From Octopus bimaculoides (taxonomy: Eukaryota): a stretch of 64,000 nt of DNA. Of the stretch, positions 1 to 9,896 are shown one piece after another. The notes under the pieces were generated by a model that saw only the letters and a program-made list of their open reading frames with translations, had not been told where the DNA came from and did no database searches. How positions within the stretch are numbered: the stretch's first letter is position 1; the number at the start of each line of letters is the position of its first letter. The stretch lies in assembly GCF_001194135.2 (NCBI RefSeq), contig NC_068994.1, positions 6,647,292 to 6,711,291 of the forward strand, read 5' to 3'. The position numbers were made by a program, and so were the translations under genes.

Positions 1-18
1 TGTGCCTGAATTTGAAAC

Positions 19-54
<36 letters not shown>

Positions 55-407
55 ACATTTGATAGTTTCAGGCAGATTTCTACTGCATTACCTGCTACAC
101 CTCCGCGTTGCTGCGGTATGTGCAGTATTGTGTGTTCTTTTTGTTGTTTGGGGGAGTGCAAACTCTTCTAGGTATTATTATTATTATTATTATTATTAAA
201 TGTATTTATTTTTCTCTTTGCAGGTTTTTGTTTTTACTTTTAGATCCAGAGTATGTCTGAAAATGGGTCCAAATTCTTCAAAATGTAGTTAAAGAACTTT
301 TACATCAATTCTTCATTCTACGACCATATTATTAATCCTCTGTAGTTTCTAGTGTGATGTGTAATGGAAGATTTATCTGCAGTGACTAGTTGGAGAACAA
401 TTTTAAA

Positions 408-2159
408 ATGCATTCCGAGAAGAAGCAATTTCCCTGTCAGTTTTGTAGCAAATTTTTCTCGAAGGAGTCCGATCTACGAAGACATGTCCGGACGCACACC
501 GGAGAAAAGCCATTCTTTTGTGCAGAGTGCGGAAAGAGTTTTACCCGGAACTCTAGCCTCAAACGACATATAAAGTCGCACGAGGAAATCAACATGTTAA
601 TTGCCAACAATTACATTGAGAGATACACCGAGGATTCGGTTTCTGCTAAGGACATGGAAAAACCCCCAGATTTTTCCGACCATTACCTGCGTGTTGAGAA
701 CTCCTTCACAGGTGAACGAGTGTATACGGTGGATATTAGGGACATAGATTTGGACGATGAATTAGAATTAAAAGAACAAGAAGAGAAAGAACGGCTAGCA
801 GAGGAAGAGGAGGACGAGGAGGAGGAAGAGGAAGAGGAGGTAGCCGAGGACAGTGATAAGGATGTGATTATTATTGAAGATCAACCGGCAGAGGAACCAT
901 CTGCTTATATGCAAGTTTGGTACGATGACGGACGAATAGATTCTCCTGAAATTCTTGCTGATAAACAATCACAGAACTCAGATGCAGGTAAGCTGCACCA
1001 GTGCGTGGTTTGCTGGGAGTGTTTCCTCGATAAATCAGACTTGAAAAGACATTCAAGAATGCATGTTGGCATAACTCAATTCCCGTGCATATTCTGTGGT
1101 AGAGAATTCTCCAAAGGTTCCGACTTGCGTAGGCACATCCGCACACACACCGGAGAGAAGCCGTTTCATTGCAACATGTGCAGCATGAGTTTTGCCAGGA
1201 ACTGCAGCCTAAAGCGACATGTTAAAACGCATGCTGAAAATGCAACACAAATTTTAATCAGTGAGAAGCAGAGTTTTTCTGGTGAATTTTACCATAAAAA
1301 ACCTGCAAAACCACCGAATAATGGAAACTCATATCCGTGTGCGATCTGTGGCCGAGCTTTTTCAAAGTGTTCAAATTTACAAAGACATGTGCGGACACAC
1401 ACAGGGGAGAAGCCATTTACCTGTAGTTTGTGTGGTTCCAGTTTTACCAGAAATTGGCACTTGAAGCGCCACGCCAAAATTCACGTTGCTGACAAAGTGA
1501 TAAACTTGGAGGATAAAGTGATAGATTTAGATGAAATTGCAGACACAATATCAGATAATGTAGTTTACCAAGATGACAGTCCGGCGATAACTGAAGTGGT
1601 CCTTTACCACTGTGATATATGCAAAAAAGATTTCTCGATACGTTCTGACTTGAAAAGACACCTTAGAATACACACAGGAGAGAAACCTTTCCAATGTGAC
1701 ATATGTGGTCGAAGCTTTGCACGTAAATACGGTTTGAAACGGCATAGCAAAATACATAAAGAAACACAGTTTTGCAGGTGTGACCTTTGCGATATGTACT
1801 TTGGAGATAACGACAGCTTAAAATGTCACCTGAAGTGTCATACAGCTGTCACCGAAAAGGAGAAGGAAGAAAATATTCTGAAAAATGTGATGAAAGTGTT
1901 TACGAAGGGGAAGTCATTTTATTGTCAGTTGTGTAACAAGACATTTTCAAAAAACTCCGACTTGAAGCGGCACGTGAGGACCCACACTGGAGAAAAACCG
2001 TTTGTTTGTACGATTTGTACGCGTGGTTTCGCAAGGAACTGCAGCTTAAAAAGACATTTGAAAACTCATCGGGATAGTAATCTCATCAACTGGACCGTAT
2101 TGTCACAGGACACACTGTTAACTTTGAAACAAGGTAGGCTTTTTTTAGCATTTTCTTAA
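408..2159 (+). CDS. C2H2 zinc-finger protein: 12 fingers (five TGEKP-linked pairs plus two extra fingers) with a long Glu/Asp-rich tract after finger 2
   Basis: ORF 390-2159 starts at TTG after an in-frame TAG at 387-389; the first ATG is 408. It has 12 C-x2-C-x12-H-x3-H motifs and five HTGEKP linkers. Acceptor ttttctctttgcag ends at 223. Donor AAG|GTAGGC at 2134 means the true C-terminus may be spliced rather than ending at 2159. Confidence 0.93.
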   Translation: MHSEKKQFPCQFCSKFFSKESDLRRHVRTHTGEKPFFCAECGKSFTRNSSLKRHIKSHEEINMLIANNYIERYTEDSVSAKDMEKPPDFSDHYLRVENSFTGERVYTVDIRDIDLDDELELKEQEEKERLAEEEEDEEEEEEEEVAEDSDKDVIIIEDQPAEEPSAYMQVWYDDGRIDSPEILADKQSQNSDAGKLHQCVVCWECFLDKSDLKRHSRMHVGITQFPCIFCGREFSKGSDLRRHIRTHTGEKPFHCNMCSMSFARNCSLKRHVKTHAENATQILISEKQSFSGEFYHKKPAKPPNNGNSYPCAICGRAFSKCSNLQRHVRTHTGEKPFTCSLCGSSFTRNWHLKRHAKIHVADKVINLEDKVIDLDEIADTISDNVVYQDDSPAITEVVLYHCDICKKDFSIRSDLKRHLRIHTGEKPFQCDICGRSFARKYGLKRHSKIHKETQFCRCDLCDMYFGDNDSLKCHLKCHTAVTEKEKEENILKNVMKVFTKGKSFYCQLCNKTFSKNSDLKRHVRTHTGEKPFVCTICTRGFARNCSLKRHLKTHRDSNLINWTVLSQDTLLTLKQGRLFLAFS

Positions 2160-3500
2160 ATCTATCTTCCCACTTGTTTCAGTCATTAGACTGTGGCCAT
2201 GCTGGGGCACTACCTTGAAGAATTATTAGTTGAATGAATGAATTAACCTCAGTACTTTGTAACATAAAAGTGTTAGATATATACGTTGTAGAGAGGCAGA
2301 GAGGAGAGCTGTAGTGTATGGTATAGTACAGTGTAGTATACCACTGAATGGTACATTGTAGTGTGGTGTATGGTATAGTATCTTTTATTTTTTTACTTGT
2401 TCTTGTCATTAGATGGCAGCCATGTTGGGGCACCACCTTGAACAACTTTAGGTGAATGAATCACCCTCAGTTCACAGTTTTTCAAGCCTAGCACTTATTC
2501 TATTAAACTCTTTTGCCGAACTGCTAAGTTACAGGTATGCAAACATTCCCACACTAGTTGTGAAGTGTTGGTGGGAGACCAACACAGACACATACATAAA
2601 TACACACACACACAGTGGGTTTCTTTCAGTTTCTGTCTATCAAATTTACTTATAAGGCTTTGGTTGGCCTAAGGCTATAGTAGAAGACAATTGCTCGTGG
2701 TGCCATGCAGTGGGACTGAACACAGCACACAACCCGATCTGGGAATTGAACTCACTACCTTATGGTTGTGAAACCGATGCTCTAACCACTGAGCCATGCA
2801 CCTTCTAATTCAAAATAATGTCAACAAATAAGTATTACATTTGACAAAGTAACCTAAATGCCAAGGGGTTAAAGCAGTTCTTAAATATGAGGAGCATCTT
2901 CAGATACAATGTACTTTTCTTTTTCTCAAAAAATATCTGAAAATAAAAAAAGAAAAATATCACCTAGGGTTCTCTATGTAAAGTTGGGCCCTTATTATAT
3001 GGTTTAATGCACTAAAAAAGCTTTTCTTGAATATGCTCTGTTGAAATTAGGATATGCCTAACGTGTCTGTGCGTCTTTTATACCATCAATTACAGTATTT
3101 TAGAAGAGCGATAATGGCTAGATCAACTCTGACCAGACTTCGACTTAGAATATAAATATGTCATCATCATCGTTTAACGTCCGCTTTCCCATGCTAGCAT
3201 GGGTTGGACGATTTGACTGAGGACTGACGAACTAGATGGCTACACCAGGCTCCAATCTGATCTGGCAGTTTCTACAGCTGGATGCCCTTCCTAACGCCAA
3301 CCACTCCGAGAATATAGTGGGTGCTTTTACGTACCACCAGCAGTCATGTAAATAAAGAAAAAAGAAATGACATGTATTTCACCCTTTCGATACCAATCCA
3401 ACCATGACCACCATTGCTTCTATGATACACATTTCCTGTTTTAAAGAAACATAAATTAAAAATTTCATTAAAATTCATGTTCCAGACACCATCTTCATCA

Positions 3501-3925
3501 TCATCATCATCATCGTTTAACGTCCGCTTTCCATGCTAGCATGGGTTGGACGATTTGACTGAGGACTGGTGAAACCGGATGGCAACACCAGGCTCCAGTC
3601 TGATTTGGCAGAGTTTCTACAGCTGGATGCCTTTCCTAACGCCAACCACTCAGAGAGTGTAGTGGGTGCTTTTACGTGTCACCCGCACGAAAACGGCCAC
3701 GCTCGAAATGGTGTCTTTTATGTGCCACCCGCAACGATCTCGCTCGAAAATCCTACAGGAGCCAGTCAGGCGGTACTGGCAACGGCCACGCTCAAAATGG
3801 TGCATCTCATGTGCCACCCGCACAAGAACCAGTCCAGGGGCACTGGCAACGATCTTACTTGGCTTGCCGGGTCTTCTCACGCACAGCACATTTCCAAAGG
3901 TCTCGGTCCGTAGTCATCGCCTCGG
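3501..3925 (-). mobile_element. Family C repeat (RTE-LINE-type 3' tail ending in (ATG)n, with internal duplicated modules). Other copies near 3166-3340, 6800-6950, 8220-8500, 15593-15925, 21335-21660, 26040-26125, 29150-29400, 34770-34990, 39025-39450, 62800-62990.
   Basis: Recurrent gttggcgttaggaagggcatccagctgtagaaac...ccatgctagcatggaaagcggacgttaaacgatgatg; contiguous with an RTE ORF end at 43520-43925. Confidence 0.85.
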
Positions 3926-4042
3926 TGAGAATAATGTCAAAGTTATTTTACTAAAATCTATATTATTTTCAAAATTACTTGTTACGGGCCGACCAAAGCC
4001 TTGTGAGTGGATTTGATAGACGGAAACTGAAAGAAGCCCGTC

Positions 4043-4079
<37 letters not shown>

Positions 4080-4617
4080 GGAGTTGCTGTGTGGTAGGTA
4101 ACTTACTTACCAACTACATGGTTCTGGGTTCAGTCCCACTGCATGGCACCTTGGGCAAGTGACGTCTACTATAACCTCGGGCTGACCAAAACCTTGTGAG
4201 TGGATTTGTTAGATGGAAACTGAAAGAAACCCATCATATATGTGTGTGTTTGAACAGAAGTATACTAACAAGAGGGTTGAACACCTCAACATAATATACT
4301 AACCCGGCAGAGCACTCTGAAAGTCTTTTACATTGCTTTTTTAAGAGAATTACACATTTGGTGACATAAATGTGCCCTTCCCCATCCCCCAATAATGTCT
4401 CAGAGTATTACCCTGGGTCCTATATGTGAAGTTGGGCCTCCCTTAAGCTAATTTTGTCCCTGATGCTCCCCACTATAGGCTGATTTTAATCTAGACAGTC
4501 TCTTCACCCGAGCTGATTAAAGTTTTTGCTGTGATTTATGTTTAATTGTGGTGGGAGCTTGCTTTTTATGAAATGGGTTTCTGCTTTTTTTCCTTCTTGC
4601 ATGTTTTATTACTTCAA

Positions 4618-4832
4618 CCCTTTCGTTACCATATTTATTTTGAGATGCTCTGTGTTTCTTTCAATTAACTTTAAATATAACAAAGAATTTAGTAAAATAA
4701 CTTAGTTATCATTAAACTAGTTTTAGGAACATAAATTGTGACTTTGGTGGAAGATTATAATTCAAAACTTATGAAAACAAGACATTTATACTAGAGCCAG
4801 AACCAGTTTCAGCTGGGTTGGTATCAAAAGGG
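4618..4832. mobile_element. Second piggyBac-type MITE family
   Basis: TCAA|CCCTTTCGTTACC ... GGTATCAAAAGGG|TTAA. Confidence 0.7.
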
Positions 4833-4978
4833 TTAAACATGTAGGATTTTTTCACGATTATGATTTCTTACTTCATGTTCAATTGTAATTGCCAACTTGC
4901 TTTTTATATACAATAATGTTTTCTGCTAATTAAGAGCACTTTTGCAATGTTTTCTAATGTATTGTTTCATTGCTTTAA

Positions 4979-5186
4979 CCCTTTAGCATTCAGATTTTTT
5001 TGTCAAATGTATTACTTATTTATTCATATTGCTTTGAATTAATCATGCATTATTTTATAACTTCAAAATTGCAATGGCATGTTTGTGTATTTTTAGGATG
5101 GCATTGTAGGGTAGGTGTAAGAGGTTGGATCTGGTCAGTTTTAACTTAAAAGTCGGTTGGATATAGCCGGATTAAATGCTAAAGCG
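4979..5186. mobile_element. piggyBac-type MITE (TTAA TSD). Related copies at 26211-26393 and fragments near 12830-13300, 19562-19780, 30446-30640, 41110-41310.
   Basis: TTAA|CCCTTTAGCAT ... ATGCTAAAGCG|TTAA terminal inverted repeats. Confidence 0.8.
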
Positions 5187-6677
5187 TTAATAAGGTGGCG
5201 AACTGGCAGAATTTAATATGCTTAGTGGTATTTCGTCTGTCTTGATGGTCCGAGTTCAAATTCTGCTGTGTTTGACTTTGCCTTTCACCCTTTTGGGGGT
5301 CAGTAAAAAGTACCAGTTGATCATTGGGCTTGATGTAATCGACTTACTGCAGCCACAAAATTTGCCAAAATTGGAAAGCAATATTACACACCTTGATGCA
5401 CTAAAAACATTTTATTTCCAGAATATGCAGTTGAAATTGGTATTTAATACGTTCACGTGTCTTTTATGCCATCATCATCATCATTGTTTAATGTTTCTTA
5501 TTCTATGCTTGCATGAATTGGACAGAGTTGATTGAAGTAGATTTTCACAGCTACTATTTCTATCGGATAATAACCACGTAGGGGGCCTCTCGTTTTAGCT
5601 TGTATATTACATAGTGTTAAGGACAGTGGATAGTAGGCTCCCTAGAAGGTTAGATGAGGTGGTTTCTGGTATTCTGGATCTTTCCATTCTGAGTTCAAAC
5701 CTTATTGAGACCTACTGTGGGTGTCATGCTTTGGTGTTCAATAAAATAAAGGGACAAAGCAGCAGTGAGCTGGCAGAGTCGTTAGCATCCCGGCTGAAAT
5801 GCTTAGCGGTATTTCATCTGTCTTTACATCCTGAGTTCAAATTCCGCTGAGGTCGAGTTTGCCTTTCATCCTTTTGGGGGTCAGTAAATTAAGTACCAGT
5901 TTCATCCTGGGGTCAATCTAATTGATTGGCCCTCTCCCCCAAAATCTCGGGCCTTGAGCCTAGAGTAGAAAAGAATTATTAGCATTGCCGGCCGAAATGC
6001 CCAGTGGCGTTTCATTTGTCTTTACGTTCTGAGTTCAAATTCTGTCAAAGTCAACTTTGGTTTCCGTCCTTTCGGGGTCAATAAAATAAGTACCAGTTGG
6101 ACAGTGGGTGGGGGTGGGGATGTAAACTTCCTCCCCCAAATTTGCTGGCCTTGTGCCAATAAAATAAAAGGATCAATCACCAATCAAGTACTATGATTGA
6201 TTCAGTAGTTCCCAAATGTTTTCGGGCTGCCGTCCCCTTGACAATCGAGCCATATTCCTAGCGCCCCACTGATTTAATTGATCAACCCCTTTTCCCAAAA
6301 TCCTTGCATTGTTGAATTTATGTTTCTAATGCTTTGGGTTCAAATCTTGCCAAGGTTTCGTCCTTTAGTGCTTGATAAAACAAAATGTCCATCAGGTGTG
6401 TCTCCCGGGTTTTTTCAAGCAATGTTGGTATGGCTGAGAATCCCAAAGGAATTTTCTTGGTGCTGCTTCCACTTCAAAGAGTTGATGAGGATGTAAACCT
6501 CAACAACCACACTAAGTGTAGCTGGACTGTGGCCATGCTGGAGTACCACCTTGCAAGTGTTTCATCAAACAAGTTGATCTCAGTACTTGTGCTTGAGAAG
6601 ACCTATCAAGCCAAGTGAGATCAGTTGTGGCCAATGCTGGCGTTTCGTAACTGGCATATAAAAAGCATCTGCTACAC

Positions 6678-6803
6678 CTGCGGTTCCCAACCCTTTTATC
6701 TAAATGAGTTTTCCTACAGATCCCTCTTAATATGCTTATCCGTATATATATGAAATTTTGGATTTAGCTCATGGACCTCCAGTACTACCTTTGGGAACCA
6801 CTG
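6678..6803. mobile_element. hAT-type MITE inserted in a family C copy
   Basis: TIRs CTGCGGTTCCCAA / TTGGGAACCACTG; 8-bp TSD tgctacac / cgctacac. Confidence 0.75.
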
Positions 6804-8740
6804 CGCTACACTCTCGGAGTGGTTGGCATTAGGAAGGACATCCAGCTGTAGAAATCTTGCCAAATCAGATTGGAACCTTGTGTGGCTTCTCAGCTTACTA
6901 CTTCCAGTCAAAGTGCATGAAAAACATGTTAAATGATGATGATGATGATGATGGTGGCCGAGTGGTTTTACAGAGTTTGTTTTCATTTCTATCAACAATA
7001 CGGGTTAGAATCTGGTCATAGGTTACCATAGTTGATGGTATGAAAGGCATATTAAATTCTAATTTCAACAGCAGATATTCAGGAAAAAATGGTTTCAGTA
7101 CTACATAAAAGCATGAATTACTTAACCTTTTAGTGAAGGTGCATGGCTTAGTGGTATTTGGCTCATGATCATAAGAGCATGAGTTCAATTCCCAGCTGTG
7201 CATGACAACTGGTAGTTTGTATATCTGTATTTTCTATGTTCTAGTATATACCACTGGCCACTGCAAGATACTTCTCTCAGCTCATTTTCGTTTAAACTAT
7301 GCTATCCAGGCCATAAATGTGTTCTGCTTTTGGTATATGTTGCAGTCCCATGGCTATTGGAGATAAGATAAGACAATTGTCATGCTGATGGCAGGTCAAC
7401 TTTGGGGAAATTCTTGAGGCTGTCTCCCCTTTTCACATGGAGCTGGTCTTAATGACCATTTAGTAACTATGGTACAGCCTCTAGAAGTGAAGATAATTTT
7501 AATTAATCAAAACTCTATGTTATATGGTATTTGAAATACCTGTATTTGTCGATGTTATTAAATACATGCCACTAGCCACACTAAGTTAGATCTCTTAGCT
7601 TATTTTTGTTTAATTCTGACAGGAGACTCTAAGCTTAATAATGTATCATCTTATGTTTCTCAACCATTTTTTTTACCTGTGGATCTCTCTGATACCTGGA
7701 TGGACCTTTTTAGTCATTTGATGTTTAAAACATCCCATTAAATATTATTAGGAATTATATTTTTAATATTTTGTGTGTAGTAGAAATATTGCACTTAAAC
7801 TTTAACAAAATCTTAAGTGGACCCTAGTTGATAGTTATTGTTCTATCTCCTCCCCATCAATCGACATGTTTTCCCGGCTGCGATGGGTTGGACAGGTCCT
7901 TACAGTCTGAGTTTATTCATATTTTCAGCTCCTGCTCCTGTAGATGGATTGGATGAATAAGTTTCACTCATACAATCCATCTTTAGTAAGGTTTCTGTAG
8001 CTGGATGTCCCTTCCTAATACCAACCTCTTTAATGGAGGTTCTGGGTGTATTTTATGAGGGCATGATGTCTTCATCATCATCATTGTTTAACGTCCGCGT
8101 CTTTGCTTACCATTTATCTTACAAAACTCTATTGAATGCATTTTCTTACAGCACACACATATTCGTGGGTTTACCAATCACATGGTTCAGTCTCACTGTT
8201 TGGCACCTTGAGCAAGTCGTTCATCGTTTAACGTCCGCCTTCCATGCTAGCATGGGTTGGACGATTTGACTGAGGACTGGCGAACCAGATGGCTGCACCA
8301 GGCTCCAATCTGATCTAGCAGAGTTTCTACAGCTGGATGCCCTTCCTAACGCCAACCACTCTGAGAGTGTAGTGGGTGCTTTTTACGTGCCACCGGCATG
8401 AGGGCCAGTCAGGCAGTACTGGCAACCAAGTTCAAAATGTTTTTTAGGTGCCACCTGCACAGGAGCCACTCAGTGGCACTGGCAACGATCTCGCTTGAAT
8501 GAAGTGTCTTCTATTATAGCCCTAGGCTGACCAAAGCACTGTGAGCTTATTTGGTAGATGTAAATGGAAAGAAACCCATTGTGTGTGTGTTTATATATAC
8601 ATATGTGAGTGTGTGAGAATAAGTACGGGGTTGATTGGTTTGACTAAGCCCTTCTTCAATGTGGTACCCCAGTATAGCCACAATTCATTGACTGAAACCT
8701 CTAGTGTCCAGTCTTACATGTTATATTGTTAATAATCACA

Positions 8741-9183
8741 GTATTTCTACATTATTTACACTTGACAGATATTTGTCCTCATCTTGTTCATCAGGTGTTT
8801 TGCAGAAATTTTGAACCTGGGTTCTCATTCCTAAGGTATTTCTCGATATTATTATTCAGGTCACTGCCTGGAATCGAACTCGGAATCTTGGGGTTAGTAG
8901 CCCGTGTTTTTAACCGCTATACCATATGCCCACAGGGCATATGGTGTAGTGGTTAAGAACACGGGCTACTAACCCCAAGATTCTGAGTTCGATTCCTCCT
9001 CCTGCAGCAGCAAGAAGAAGGAGGAGTGGAAGGAGAAGAGAAAAATAATAATACTGAAAAATACCTTAGGAATGAGAACCCAGGTTTGAAACTTCCCCAA
9101 GACACCTGATGAAGGCTGGAGGGTGTATCAGCTGAAAAATGTAAATAGTGTACATAATTCCTCATCTCTTAAATACAGAACTG
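8741..9183. mobile_element. Divergent (palindromic) pair of tRNA-headed SINE-like elements with hammerhead-like tails, both degraded
   Basis: About 62-bp near-perfect inverted repeat centred on 8932-8934; A box TGGTGTAGTGG and B box GAGTTCGATTCC in each arm; CTGATGA at 9106-9112 (+) and 8794-8788 (-). Confidence 0.8.
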
Positions 9184-9269
9184 TAACAGTGTTATTGTCC
9201 AATATTTCCTCATCATTTCCACTTTCACAGCTGTAATGAACCTCATTTTTACCTTTTTAACATGGCACA

Positions 9270-9470
9270 AAGGATGGAGTCCATGCCTTGAGACTGGTGA
9301 AGGTTACACGGTTAGGGAGAGAATTCCATAGGCTTGATGTTCTTCTAATAAGTGCTGGATAACCTGGTTAGTGGCGATAAACACAAATGGCTGATGAGGG
9401 AACTGAATGGCTGTAAATTAAAGTGGCATGCAATCACTATGCTACACCACATCTACTGCTGTGACACTAG
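9270..9470 (-). mobile_element. Old CR1/L2-like LINE 3' fragment
   Basis: LIRRTSSLWNSLP resembles the RTxxLWNSLP C-terminal motif. Confidence 0.45.
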
Positions 9471-9509
9471 ATGTGATATTAAAAACCAGTTACATTAAAC
9501 TTAATTTGT

Positions 9510-9515
9510 TTTATT
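9510..9515 (-). promoter_or_regulatory. Candidate polyadenylation signal (AATAAA) for RRP12
   Basis: tttatt on + about 270 nt downstream of the RRP12 stop; no transcript evidence. Confidence 0.4.
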
Positions 9516-9787
9516 TCTCCTTGTCATTACAGAAGTAGCCTGATGGATTGGAAGAAAGAAGAACAAGAACCAGCAAACCGGAACAGAGTCAACATTTGTA
9601 ATAAACTTACTGTAAATAAATATCACTTGAGTGTTGTTGTTTGATCTGTTGGCATGGCAACAGATGGTTACATCTATGTGTGTGTGCGATTGTTGAGAAC
9701 GAGAGGAACACAAAAAAAAAAGAAGCTGCAATAAGATTATATATTTATATAGATATATTTCATTGTATACACAATCTTCAGTTTTGA

Positions 9788-9896
9788 TCATTTGCGACCT
9801 TTTGATTTCAATTTCAAACTGTTTCGACCCTTTGTTGCTCCCTTCTTTGCACCATCCAACAAACTTTTGAACTTGCCCTTCGTTTTAAAACGTTTT
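9788..9896 (-). CDS. RRP12: RRP12 terminal exon 34 ([35 protein letters not shown])
   Basis: 109 nt to TGA at 9790-9788; ctctttttgcag acceptor. Confidence 0.94.

Noticed and set aside
2-199. 65-aa ORF at the window start
   Set aside because: Composed of a SINE tail and (ATT)n repeats, and lies upstream of the ZNF acceptor, so it is intronic.
390-407. TTG start given by the ORF track for the ZNF protein
   Set aside because: Eukaryotic gene; the first in-frame ATG is 408 and a TAG precedes at 387-389.
3569-4016. Overlapping ORFs of 79-116 aa (also 15619-16027 and 39088-39510)
   Set aside because: All fall inside family C repeat copies; the similar peptides reflect the repeat, not genes.
8935-9000. 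Functional tRNA gene
   Set aside because: It has A/B boxes and an anticodon-like loop but no acceptor-stem 3' half or terminator, and it continues into a repeated SINE body.
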